This document shows, in pieces, positions 1 to 8,989 of a stretch of DNA of 64,000 bases (position 1 is its first letter; each line of letters opens with the position of its first letter). The stretch is from positions 291,109 through 355,108 of the forward strand of contig CAWGPW010000016.1 of NCBI GenBank assembly GCA_963824555.1. The letters are read 5' to 3'. This DNA comes from an uncultured delta proteobacterium (GTDB lineage: Bacteria; Myxococcota_A; Polyangia; Fen-1088). The notes beneath the pieces are model-generated. The model searched no databases. It had not been told where the DNA came from and was given only the letters and a program-made list of their open reading frames with translations. The translations under genes were made by a program, and so were the position numbers.

Positions 1-62
1 AACTTGGAACTCATCTTGACCTCGTCCTCTCATGTTCGATCAATTGAATTGTGGTGCCTCGA

Positions 63-653
63 TTACCAATAGCTCACTCGATCATTGGTATCCCCAAGCG
101 ATCTCATGATGGGGTTCTCTGCGTTCCTGACGTTGTACATCATGTCGATCTTCATATCGTAATAGCCCAATGCCGCGTGGCCGAGTTCGTGGGCCAAGAT
201 CCTTTCGTATGAAAATTTCCCGCCCGGAATCCTAGATGTATAGCTACTGCCGAGGTCATGTTGTACGTCCACGACAATGGTGTTTCCACCCGGGTTCGAA
301 TAGCTGTTGTATGAACGGGTCAGGACAATGTCTAGAGGCCTAACCGAGCCATCCGCTGTGGTACGGCTGAGCAAGTCCTGGCTCATTGCTTTGGCGACGT
401 CTCCACCCTTCGTGAGATCCGTCTTGAGAGCTGCAAACGCCGTGTCCCGCTCAGCACCTGTTTCACCGTAGACCTCAACCGGCAAATCGCCCAATTGGTA
501 ATTGGAAACCTGTCCATTCTTGACAGCAAGGCTCTTCACATACTCAGTGTGTTCAGCTCTTCTTGCCTGGTACTCCTCATCACCCGCCAGTCCCTGTTGC
601 CCCCCCTGCTGTGTTTGGTCGCCCCACCACGATTTCACCGTAAACCAAGGCAT
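63..653 (-). CDS. HExxH zinc-metallopeptidase-like protein (possible secreted effector or orphan toxin domain)
   Basis: ORF 63..839 trimmed to the ATG at 653 (MPWFTVKSWW...). The C-terminal ILAHELGHAALGY carries an HExxH motif. Lies in a visibly lower-G+C patch at the window edge. Confidence 0.55.
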   Translation of the reverse strand: MPWFTVKSWWGDQTQQGGQQGLAGDEEYQARRAEHTEYVKSLAVKNGQVSNYQLGDLPVEVYGETGAERDTAFAALKTDLTKGGDVAKAMSQDLLSRTTADGSVRPLDIVLTRSYNSYSNPGGNTIVVDVQHDLGSSYTSRIPGGKFSYERILAHELGHAALGYYDMKIDMMYNVRNAENPIMRSLGDTNDRVSYW

Positions 654-1054
654 TTCCCTGATGCCTTCCGCAGGCTTACACCGCTTCGGCCGGGGCGCGA
701 CCTGCCGAAAATTTGTCGCGAGGCCCAGACGTGCGTTTTCGGATCTGCAACACCTCGGCCGAGGGCGCGTGCTGGCGCACCGACGGGTGTTCCCCGTCGA
801 GACTTCTTTTTTAGCTGCCTGCTGCTGAGCCAGGACCATCGTGGTGCTGCCGATTCTACCGGGAAGGGCGATTAAGGGAAGGAAGTCGCCAAGACCGACG
901 GTGGCGCCGGCGAGACGCGCGGCGAGCCCGTCGCCAGCGAGCCAGCGGCGAGCCGGCCCCAGATGGTCGGGCCTCCGACGGTGGTGTAGAATTCAAGGCC
1001 CAATACTTCTCCCAACGACGGGCAGCTTCCGGTAGAAATGAAGGCACGGCGACC

Positions 1055-1279
1055 ATGCCACCGCTTCCCATCATCTCCGGCGCTGACTGCATTCAGGCTC
1101 TGCGAAAATTTGGATACGAGTTCGCCCGGCAGAATGGCAGCCACGTGAGCTTGGTGTGTCCTGGACGGATGCCCGTGACCGTACCGATGCACAAGCCGAT
1201 CAAGCGCGGGACCCTGCGATCGATTCTCCGCACTGCCGAGATCGAGGTCGAGGTATTCGTGACCGCGTTACGTCGCTAG
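1055..1279 (+). CDS. hicA: HicA-family mRNA interferase toxin
   Basis: 74 aa, ATG start. SGADCIQALRKFGYEFARQNGSHVSL...PMHKPIKRGTLRSILRTAEI matches the HicA/YcfA pattern. Confidence 0.8.
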   Translation: MPPLPIISGADCIQALRKFGYEFARQNGSHVSLVCPGRMPVTVPMHKPIKRGTLRSILRTAEIEVEVFVTALRR

Positions 1280-1495
1280 ACCGCGACCTTCGTGATCTCG
1301 ATTTGGCCCGGCAGCGTCCAGCCTTCGGCTGCCTGATTTTCAAGGCACAGCTCGATGGCTTCGCGGATGTTGGCCAGGGCCTCGTCCCGGGTGTCGCCCT
1401 GGCTGATGCAGCCTGGGATCACAGGACACTCGACGACAAAACCGCCTATCTTCGTCGGGCGTCAAAATCGCTGGCAGTTCATGCGCGGTGGCCAT
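1276..1495 (-). CDS. hicB: HicB-family (UPF0150) antitoxin, interrupted by a 1-nt frame switch
   Basis: The minus strand reads MATAHELPAILTPDED, then after one extra base near 1440 continues GGFVVECPVIPGCISQGDTRDEALANIREAIELCLENQAAEGWTLPGQIEITKVAV*. The span is 220 nt, which is 3n+1. Its stop overlaps the hicA stop in a CTAG. Confidence 0.6.
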
Positions 1496-1882
1496 GGGCC
1501 AGTCTACCAGATTCTGGGACCAGGTCTTGGAGGGGAGCGGACCGACGATTGCCGGCGGCGAGCGCAGCGAGCCGCCTGTGCAATCGGCGGGACGCGAGCC
1601 GGGCGAGAGAAAGCCCCAATTCACCCTGATCGTCGAGGCGGAGAGCGCAAGCGCGAGCGGCGGAGGCGCCGTGGCCGGCGCCGGAGCCGCGGTGTCAAAG
1701 AGCGCGCCGTCGGCCGAGCCCCGATGCCTGCCCCACGCCAGCCGGGCCCCAGCACACGCGTGCAATGCACGCTGCAGGACGGCCCGGCCGCCGGACCGGG
1801 GCCCGTGGTCCGGCGCCGTTTCCCCCTAGGCGGAGCGGGCGGCGCCGTCCGCGGCGCTCAGATCGCCCGCGCAGCCAGAGCG

Positions 1883-1931
1883 CCCCTCCCCTTTGGGGAT
1901 TCCTTAAAAAAAGGGGGTGCCAGGGGAGGGG
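1883..1931. repeat. Perfect 10-bp inverted repeat (CCCCTCCCCT / AGGGGAGGGG) with a 29-nt A-rich loop
   Basis: Read directly: arms at 1883-1892 and 1922-1931. Lies in a roughly 850-bp ultra-G+C stretch with no convincing ORF. Confidence 0.5.
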
Positions 1932-2357
1932 TGTCCAGAGGGGAGGGGCGCGGCGGGGGAAACGGCGGCCAAAGCGTGCTTGCACGCGTGTGCGTAAGGG
2001 GCCCGGCGTCGATCGAGCTGCGATGCCGGCGCTAGGCGCGCGCCGCCGCTTTGTGCACGATCGTCGCGCTGGCGTCCGTGAGCTGTCGTCGCCGCTTTCC
2101 CGGATGCAGCGACCATGCCGAGGCGTCCGATGCGAGCACAAGTTGACCGCCGCTGTGTCCCCGATGGCACTTGCGAGCGAGGCGCCGCGGCATGGGAGCG
2201 TCTTCCGTGTGCCGCCGCTTTCTCCGATGGAGTCGTGCGCGCGGGCGCCCGGCAGGGGGCACGCGCGCGCGACGGGCTCGGGGAGATCGCGGCGCTGAGC
2301 GCCTGCACGATGGAGCGGACTGGGCCTTGCCAGCGCGAGCGCGGCGCTGGCCGGCGC

Positions 2358-2885
2358 TCATGTCCGCACCCGCGCGCGAGCGCGTGCAAGGACCAGGACG
2401 CGGTGACCGGGGCACAGATCGCGGCGCTGCGAGCCCCGCACCACCCCGATGGAGCGGGCGCCCGTGCGGTCGCAGCTTGAGGAAATGCTGTGGCCAAGCT
2501 GAAGGTGGAGAGACGGCACGGGCGCCCGCGGGGCCGCAGCCACGGAGCGCGGCTCACAGCCGCTGCTTACGCGTGGCCGGATTGCCGCCGCTGGATCACG
2601 TTGCTCGGCCTCGGCGATCCACGCCTCGATGGCCTCAGCACCCCGCCCCGCCGCGATCATCAATTTGCCCAGCATGGTCAGGCTCGTGCTGTCCAAGTTG
2701 TAAAAGACCTCACCCACGGTCACGTGGCTGCAAGCGGTCCACAGCGACCACGCCACCAGCAGCAGCAAACGCTCGCCGCTCGACAATGGCCCGCCGCCAT
2801 GTTCTGCAAGATCCCTGGCCAACGCCGTCGGGCCCGCGTCGGTCCACAGCTCGGTCAGCCGAGCTGAGCACAGAATGCCCGGCAC
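2358..2885 (-). CDS. Hypothetical protein (only the N-terminal ~100 aa look protein-like)
   Basis: GTG-start ORF. ELWTDAGPTALARDLAEHGGGPLSSGERLLLLVAWSLWTAC...AIEAWIAEAEQRD looks coding. The Arg-rich tail suggests a further frame error or a different true end. Confidence 0.3.
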   Translation of the reverse strand: MPGILCSARLTELWTDAGPTALARDLAEHGGGPLSSGERLLLLVAWSLWTACSHVTVGEVFYNLDSTSLTMLGKLMIAAGRGAEAIEAWIAEAEQRDPAAAIRPRVSSGCEPRSVAAAPRAPVPSLHLQLGHSISSSCDRTGARSIGVVRGSQRRDLCPGHRVLVLARARARVRT

Positions 2886-2935
2886 ACCCGCGAAAGTTGC
2901 GACTCTGAGCTAAACACGATCGTCCTCTCTCCTCG

Positions 2936-3967
2936 TCAGCCTCGGCGGCTAAAGAGGTAAGCAATTCCTCGGCGTCCTTCTCGCTGACCACCGGCTTCTG
3001 CGATTCCCGTCGACCGAGATGCGCCCCGGGGTGGGTCAGCTCGTGCACTTCCTTGAGCTTCTTGATCGACACCAGCGTGTAGATGCTCGTCGTCTCGAGA
3101 CTCGCGTGCCCAAGCATCGCCTGGATGAAGCGGATGTCGGCCCCGCTCTCCAGCATCAAGGTGGCCATCGTGTGCCGGAAAAGATGGCACCACCCCGACC
3201 TTCCCGATTTTCGCCTGCTCGATGTAGCCCCGCACGATATCCGTCAGCGTATGCGGCATAAAGCCGTTCCCAAGGTGCGAGATAAACAGCACGCCCTCGT
3301 CCGGCTCCACCACGACCTTCGGCCGCACCTCGACGAGGTACTTCTCGATCCAAGACAGTGCCCGCTCCCCGATGGGCACCACGCGATCTTTCCGGCCTTT
3401 GCCCAGCCGCACCATCAGCGTGCCGGCCTCGGGCTGCACGTCGTAGATCCCGAGCCTGACCAGCTCGCTCCGCCGGATTCCCGTCGAGTACAGCGTCTCC
3501 AGCATCGCCCGGTCACGGATCCCGCTCAGCTTCGTCACGTCCGGCAAGCTCAGGACGTGCTCCACCTCGGCGATGGTCAGTACGTCCCGCGGTAACCGCC
3601 GGTCCAGCCGCGGCAGATCGATCTCCGACGCCGGATTGAAGAGGATCATGTTCGACTTGGCCATCCACTTGAAAAACGCCAGCACCGCAGCCAGCCGCTT
3701 GTGTTGAGAGGCGATGGTCAGGGGCTTGCCCAGCTTCGTCCGGTAGTAGAAAAGCCAGCGCTGGTACCGTTCCAAGATCGGCCGCGTAATCTCCGTCGGG
3801 TTGCGCAGGCTGCGCTCCTCGCACCAATTGAAGAAGGCCCGCAGGTTGCTCTCGTTCCACTCGATGGTTCCCGCCGAAAAGTGCTTCGCCCGCCGCATGT
3901 CCAGAAACTCGGCCGCCCTCACCCCGAGCGTCCCGTAGCTTGCAAGCTCGCGCAGTGTCCTGGCCAT
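2936..3967 (-). CDS. Tyrosine recombinase / phage-type integrase, frame-switched
   Basis: The N-terminal SAM-like and core domains lie in ORF 2936..3967 (…RAMLETLYSTGIRRSELVRL…GKGRKDRVVPIG…). The catalytic C-terminus (GWCHLFRHTMATLMLESGADIRFIQAMLGHASLETTSIYT) lies in ORF 2710..3168. The switch falls in a C4/G4 run at 3193-3196. The 3' end is uncertain (2936 or 2710). Confidence 0.85.
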   Translation of the reverse strand: MARTLRELASYGTLGVRAAEFLDMRRAKHFSAGTIEWNESNLRAFFNWCEERSLRNPTEITRPILERYQRWLFYYRTKLGKPLTIASQHKRLAAVLAFFKWMAKSNMILFNPASEIDLPRLDRRLPRDVLTIAEVEHVLSLPDVTKLSGIRDRAMLETLYSTGIRRSELVRLGIYDVQPEAGTLMVRLGKGRKDRVVPIGERALSWIEKYLVEVRPKVVVEPDEGVLFISHLGNGFMPHTLTDIVRGYIEQAKIGKVGVVPSFPAHDGHLDAGERGRHPLHPGDAWARESRDDEHLHAGVDQEAQGSARADPPRGASRSTGIAEAGGQREGRRGIAYLFSRRG

Positions 3968-5502
3968 CAGTTCACCTTGGCCACGGCTGCGGGTACGACG
4001 GGCACATCAGGGTACGATGCGATTTTGGGCTCTGCCCCCCTATGTGCTGTTTTCGACTCAAAATGTCCGATTTCAGCGTTTCCCTCGGGAATTGCAGCCA
4101 AAACCGCACCCCGACCACCCCCCGACACCCCCCCGACTTCGGCCCGACTTGGGCCCGACTGCTTTGCCTTCAGCCCCGACCACCCCGCCAATACCCCCGA
4201 CTTCTTTTCGTCGTACCCCAAGCGTCCGAGCTTGATCAGCCCCGACAGAAACGGCGTCCCGTCCTTGCCCTTGCCGTCGTAGGCCAGCTCGTAGACGAAG
4301 CCCTGGCCGCGGCTCCCTCGGTGCACCGCCAGGTATTCCAGATCCTCCAGCCGGGCAAGATGGATCTTGAGCTGCGTGTTGCCCCAGCCCGTCGCGTCCC
4401 GCACCTCGCGCCGGCTGAAACGAAAATCCTTCCGCTCCATCGCCAGCCGCTGGCACTCCGCCGTCACGTGCGCATCCACCAGCAGCAAAAGCCGCCGCGT
4501 CTGCGGCGGCAGCTCGTCGAGCGATCGCCCCAGCACCTGGTCGGCCAGGCGGTTCGCGACCGCGATGTCGTCGAGCGTGACCTCGATGTATTCGATGGCT
4601 TGCACGCCTTGCTGCGCGGTCTTCACCGGCCGCTGGTGCTGGTGAAGAAGCGCCACCGTCTCGATCAGCGTCAGGTATTTCATGTGGTCCCGCCGTGTTC
4701 GCGTCTGCCGATCCACAAACGTCAGATCACGGGCGTAGGGGTTCACCACCATCAGCGGACGCAGCAGGCGCTGCGCATTCCGGTGGACCTTCAGCACATC
4801 TTTCTTTCCCGCCCGGGCCAGCAGGCCTTCAAGCGTCTGCGCCTCGCGCTGGATCTCGTGGATCGCCTGCGTCTGCTCCCGGTCTTCGTCGACCGTCAGC
4901 ACCAGGCAGCGGTTCAGTAGCTCCTCGTCGATCTCGATCGCCGTCGTCGTCAGAAAGATCATCACCGGCCCTTCCACCCGGTACTCGTGCGTCACCAGCT
5001 TCCCGCTCTCGGGGTCTTTCCCCGTCGACGCGATGGTCAGCTCGCCCTCGCTCTGCAAGATCTTCAGCGCGTACGACGCCCGCGACGCGCCCTCTTCCTC
5101 GACGATGGCGAGGATCTTGTGCTTCAGGTTCGTCTCGCCCATGTAGAAGAGCGACTGCCCCGTCATCGCCGCGTACTTCACCCGTTCTTCCTCGGGCATG
5201 AAGGCCAGGACTGCTTCCATCAGCGACGATTTCCCCGCCGCAGACGAAGACTGGATCACCACCGCCAAGGGCTCGTCCAGCTTGCGCGACACCGCCGCCA
5301 GATAGCCGACGAGCTTGTTTGTCTCCTCGCCCACCACCCCGCATCGTCGGAAATCCTCGAGGATGCGGTCGAGCAGCCGCGGATTCTTCAGCAGCCCCAG
5401 CGCCGCTGCCGTCTCCTCGTCGGTGAGCCGGACCGCCGTGTCCTTCGGCGCCATCGCCGCGCGGATCTGCTGGTCCTGTAGCTGTTCCAGCTTCAGCAGC
5501 AC
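3967..5502 (-). CDS. P-loop NTPase / helicase-like replication protein associated with the primase
   Basis: 511 aa with Walker A QSSSAAGKSSL and a Walker B-like ILAIVEEEG. Its stop overlaps the integrase ATG (TGATG). The upstream frame reads through (…EEDVIKADLGKVLLKLEQ), so it may originally be fused to the primase. Confidence 0.7.
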   Translation of the reverse strand: MLLKLEQLQDQQIRAAMAPKDTAVRLTDEETAAALGLLKNPRLLDRILEDFRRCGVVGEETNKLVGYLAAVSRKLDEPLAVVIQSSSAAGKSSLMEAVLAFMPEEERVKYAAMTGQSLFYMGETNLKHKILAIVEEEGASRASYALKILQSEGELTIASTGKDPESGKLVTHEYRVEGPVMIFLTTTAIEIDEELLNRCLVLTVDEDREQTQAIHEIQREAQTLEGLLARAGKKDVLKVHRNAQRLLRPLMVVNPYARDLTFVDRQTRTRRDHMKYLTLIETVALLHQHQRPVKTAQQGVQAIEYIEVTLDDIAVANRLADQVLGRSLDELPPQTRRLLLLVDAHVTAECQRLAMERKDFRFSRREVRDATGWGNTQLKIHLARLEDLEYLAVHRGSRGQGFVYELAYDGKGKDGTPFLSGLIKLGRLGYDEKKSGVLAGWSGLKAKQSGPSRAEVGGVSGGGRGAVLAAIPEGNAEIGHFESKTAHRGAEPKIASYPDVPVVPAAVAKVN

Positions 5503-5522
5503 CTTGCCGAGATCTGCCTTGA

Positions 5523-7058
5523 TTACGTCTTCTTCACGCCCAGCTCGGTCGAGGCTTGCTTCAAAAAGATCGCCCGTTGCCGGGCGCCGTACACATCCAA
5601 GGTGTCCACGTGAAAATGCTCACCACGGCCGACGTGCAGGTTTACCTTCAGCGAGTCGAAGGCCGTGTTCTTGGACAAACCGCGCACCCGATACCGACGG
5701 TCGGCGAAACGGAAGATCACATCCTCGCCCTGGTGCTCGCAAGGCACGTCCGCCACCGGCACAGCCTCGGGCGCCGTCGTTTCCATGATCGCCACCGGCG
5801 CCGCCAGCGACTCCGGCGTGGTCTCCGTGGTGGGCGATGCCTCCGCGTTGGCGGCTAAAGAAGGATGGTCAGCCGCTGCCGTCATCTCCGTCGGCGCTTC
5901 GGCTGTCGCCGCGGCCGCGATGTCGAGCGCGGGCGCCTCCGGGCGCGCGCCCTTGCCCATGAAGACCGCGCTTTTCAACGCCAGCTCCAGCGACTTTGCT
6001 GCCGGCGTCACCTTGCACGCGTACTCGTTCGCATCCATGCCCCGAGGGAATTGCACCCGGTAGCACGAGATACCGGCGGCCATCAGTTGCTTGGCCACCT
6101 TCTCGGCGCCACGGTCGCCGGCCTCGTCGCGATCAAAAGCGATCAGCACCTGCTTCGTGCCGTAGCTTTTGAAAGCCGCCACGTGCTCGGTGATATGGCT
6201 TTCGATGCCATAGACCGAGGTCACGTTGCGGAAGCCGTGGCACCAGAAGGTCAGGGCATCGATCAGCGCTTCGCACAGGATGATCGACTTCGACACCCGC
6301 AAGGCTTCCCAGTTGAAGATCCCTCGGTGCGGGCCGGGCAAGTACATGTGCAGCGGCGTCCCCTCCCGCAGCCCTGGCGTGATCTTCCGCCCGTACATCC
6401 CGACCACGTTTCCTTCCTCGTCGAAGATCGGAATCACCACCGAGCCGTTCATGTGCTCGTGTCCGCTCTCGCGCAGCACGCCGAGCTTCTGCAGCCGCCC
6501 CCGGATCTCGCCGCCGGCCTTCCACTGCTTCATCGGCAGCCGCAGCCCCAGCGTCCGGTTGGCAAAGCCCAGCTTGAAGCGATCGATCATCTCCGACGAC
6601 TGCAGCCCCCGGCTTTCCAGGTACTTCAGCGCCTCCGGGCTCTGCTTCAGCGTCTCGTGGTAGTAGCCCACCACCTGCGCCAAGAGTTCTCGGTCGTCCG
6701 AATCAGCCTGCACCGGCGGCGCCAGCTTTCGCACTACGGACGTCTTCACCACGTTCGTCGACGGCGACGTCAAAGGCAGGTCGGCCCGCAGCAGCTCCAC
6801 CGCGTGCCGAAATGAAACGCCCTCGGCCTTCATCACCCAGTCGATCACCGATCCACCGGTCTGGCAGGCACCAAGGCAGTGCCAAAGGTTCTTCCGAGAG
6901 CTGATCACCAGTGACGGCTTCTTGTCGTCGTGGAAAGGGCACAGCCCGATCAAGTCCGCGCCGTGTCGCTTCAGCTCCACACCCCGCGCCTCCGCCAGCC
7001 GCTGGATCGAGACCTGGGCCTTGAGTCGTTCGAGTTCGTCTTCGGGCACACGCGCCAT
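5523..7058 (-). CDS. DNA primase, CHC2 zinc finger + Toprim
   Basis: CPFHDDKKPSLVISSRKNLWHCLGACQTGGSVIDWV is a CHC2 zinc finger. The Toprim-like region is ILCEALIDALT…IAFDRDEAGDRG. Trimmed to the ATG at 7058 (MARVPEDELERL); the track ORF extends to a GTG at 7163. Confidence 0.85.
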   Translation of the reverse strand: MARVPEDELERLKAQVSIQRLAEARGVELKRHGADLIGLCPFHDDKKPSLVISSRKNLWHCLGACQTGGSVIDWVMKAEGVSFRHAVELLRADLPLTSPSTNVVKTSVVRKLAPPVQADSDDRELLAQVVGYYHETLKQSPEALKYLESRGLQSSEMIDRFKLGFANRTLGLRLPMKQWKAGGEIRGRLQKLGVLRESGHEHMNGSVVIPIFDEEGNVVGMYGRKITPGLREGTPLHMYLPGPHRGIFNWEALRVSKSIILCEALIDALTFWCHGFRNVTSVYGIESHITEHVAAFKSYGTKQVLIAFDRDEAGDRGAEKVAKQLMAAGISCYRVQFPRGMDANEYACKVTPAAKSLELALKSAVFMGKGARPEAPALDIAAAATAEAPTEMTAAADHPSLAANAEASPTTETTPESLAAPVAIMETTAPEAVPVADVPCEHQGEDVIFRFADRRYRVRGLSKNTAFDSLKVNLHVGRGEHFHVDTLDVYGARQRAIFLKQASTELGVKKT

Positions 7059-7292
7059 CAGACTCGACCCTCCGGCCGTCGCCGTCGTCCCCGCCGCGGT
7101 CGAGGCGGCGTCGCCAGAGGCGGCTTCATCCGGATCGCCCAAAAGCCTTCGGGCGCCTGCCACAGCTCGAGTCCGACAGCGGCCAAGAGGGCGGCGAATT
7201 CAGACCGCGAAACGCTCTCGGCCGGATCTTCTGTCAAGTGCCTTGTGGGCTGCAAAAGGGCCTCCTTCCACATGGACTAACATCCTAACCTT

Positions 7293-7312
7293 TTGTACAG
7301 TTTACTGTACAA
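7293..7312. promoter_or_regulatory. Operator-like palindrome TTGTACAG-TTTA-CTGTACAA overlapping the XRE start codon
   Basis: Perfect 8-bp inverted arms read directly. Located in the divergent primase/XRE intergenic region. Confidence 0.45.
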
Positions 7313-7779
7313 TGCTGTCAAGCCCGATTTCGCTACCCGATCCGATCTCGGCCTTACGATGGTTGCGTTCAACCATCGAAGGTCTGCCCTTGCCACCTCG
7401 CAAAAATACCAGAGACTCTTTCGGCAAACGCCTCGCGGCCCTACGCAAGGCGGCCGGCTTCACCCAGCAGCAGCTCGCGGACAAGACGGAGATCTCCCGC
7501 CGGATGGTCGCCCACTACGAAACCCAGCCGAGCAATCCCCCCTCCGAGGTCATCCTCACTCTTGCGAGGGCCCTTCATGTGACCACCGACCAGCTCCTGG
7601 GCTTCCAGCAGCCTGCCAAGCTCTCGCAGGCCCATGGTCCCCAATCTACGGTCGACCTTCGCCTTTGGCGCAAGCTCCAGCGCATCAGCGAGCTGCCCGA
7701 AGACAAGCGCCGGGCCATCCAGCAGGTCCTCGACGGCTTCCTCGCTGGCCAAACGGACGACGTCAGCCAGTCTCGCTGA
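7312..7779 (+). CDS. XRE-family helix-turn-helix transcriptional regulator
   Basis: FGKRLAALRKAAGFTQQQLADKTEISRRMVAHYE is a classic HTH_3 motif. Trimmed from ORF 6922..7779 to the ATG at 7312. Confidence 0.8.
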   Translation: MLSSPISLPDPISALRWLRSTIEGLPLPPRKNTRDSFGKRLAALRKAAGFTQQQLADKTEISRRMVAHYETQPSNPPSEVILTLARALHVTTDQLLGFQQPAKLSQAHGPQSTVDLRLWRKLQRISELPEDKRRAIQQVLDGFLAGQTDDVSQSR

Positions 7780-7845
7780 CGCGCGATGGGTTCTAGAGCT
7801 TAGTGATCCAAGCAGAAGAGTTCTCGGGCACCGCCCCAAACAGAG

Positions 7846-8391
7846 TTACGGATTTGTGCCTTCCCGAAATCCGTCGCTGCCCTTGCCTCGTCCTGCCACA
7901 CCGGACTGGTCAGTGACCTTGACGAAACCGTTCTTCTTTAATTCGTTGAACTCACGATCATTCATCAGTTGCACGGTGCCGTCGTAGAATAGAACATGCC
8001 TTCGACCATTGTGGAATCTGCTCTTCTCAAAGACGATGGCAACCAATGAGGCTTCCACCTTCTTCGCCAGCAAGTCCACAGCCTTGTCCACAATCACATA
8101 GCTTGTCCGGAAAGCAGCCTTCTCCTCTGCTTGCACAGGCTTCACCTTGTCCTTTGGGCACACAAAAAGACTAGGATCTTCAGTCATCAGATACAAAGTG
8201 TACAGATCCTCCGGAAAAGGAGCGGCGCCTCCGGAATGATGCTCGCGCCTCTCTATAAGATTGAATATCTTTTCCAAGTTCGACGCGCAAACTTCCGCCG
8301 CCCTATCCTCAGGTCGTCGATCGCTTTGCTCAGCACCGACTATTGCTGGTGCCCTAACCAGCAGTAATTGGAGAGCCCAGAACAGAAGCAT
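7846..8391 (-). CDS. Putative immunity protein for the adjacent toxin tip (signal-peptide-like N-terminus)
   Basis: Starts 8 nt after the toxin-tip stop on the same strand. MLLFWALQLLLVRAPAIVGA is hydrophobic. Shares the low G+C of the toxin tip. Contains HNGRRHVLFYDG (H-x9-DG). No family recognised. Confidence 0.5.
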   Translation of the reverse strand: MLLFWALQLLLVRAPAIVGAEQSDRRPEDRAAEVCASNLEKIFNLIERREHHSGGAAPFPEDLYTLYLMTEDPSLFVCPKDKVKPVQAEEKAAFRTSYVIVDKAVDLLAKKVEASLVAIVFEKSRFHNGRRHVLFYDGTVQLMNDREFNELKKNGFVKVTDQSGVAGRGKGSDGFREGTNP

Positions 8392-8398
8392 CCTACCC

Positions 8399-8989
8399 TC
8401 ATAGCCAATCCAGGGACATCTGGAGATATCGATTAGCTGCACCGTATGCCGCCATTTCATCGTTGCCCCAGTTCACGGGATCGTTCCACCATCTAGCAAA
8501 GTCGGCTGTTTCTCCACCGAATTGCTTGATGCCCTGACTGTAGGTCACGGTATGGACTCCCTCATGTTCCTCGGTGGCCTCGCGAAATATTGAGTCTGGA
8601 TTCCTTCCAACAGACTTCGCCCCCGACCCCCCAACTGAACCAGCCTCGTACACCAATCCATACCGCTGCTTCGCGTTTGCCAAAACCATACTGTCCAACT
8701 CGTCGCCACTCTTCGCAGCGTATTTGTAGCAATCGTACAGGCTGGCCATGTCGTCGTTGAACGCCATTCCTTTCTCAACCCTTATCCTCTCCAGAAGAAG
8801 TTCACATCGCTGTTCACTGGTGAGGCCATCTCCTGGCCCAAGAGCGCTATTCAGCTGCTCATCAAATGACTGTCCACCACCAGCGGCGCTGCTTGTTGCT
8901 GCCGCCTGCACCCTATCCGCCCCACTGCTACCCCCACCCCCCTGCTGTGCGTCCACGTCCGCCTGAGTAAGCATGCTTTGATGAAGCAC
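8399..8989 (-). CDS. Toxin tip / C-terminal effector domain with HExxH motif
   Basis: 196-aa ORF with FREATEEHEGVHTVTY (HExxH). It is in the same frame as the Rhs core end, but separated from it by TAG (9287) and TAA (9056) and by a Gly-zipper stretch that reads best in other frames. G+C is visibly lower than the Rhs shell. Confidence 0.6.
   Translation of the reverse strand: MLHQSMLTQADVDAQQGGGGSSGADRVQAAATSSAAGGGQSFDEQLNSALGPGDGLTSEQRCELLLERIRVEKGMAFNDDMASLYDCYKYAAKSGDELDSMVLANAKQRYGLVYEAGSVGGSGAKSVGRNPDSIFREATEEHEGVHTVTYSQGIKQFGGETADFARWWNDPVNWGNDEMAAYGAANRYLQMSLDWL

Larger units (their letters stand above)
2936..7779. mobile_element. Integrase / helicase / primase / XRE module (P4- or PICI-like satellite, or integrative-element remnant); boundaries unknown
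   Basis: Tyrosine recombinase, P-loop helicase-like protein and CHC2-Toprim primase are co-oriented and stop/start coupled. They diverge from an XRE repressor-like gene across a 250-bp control region containing a palindrome. Confidence 0.6.
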
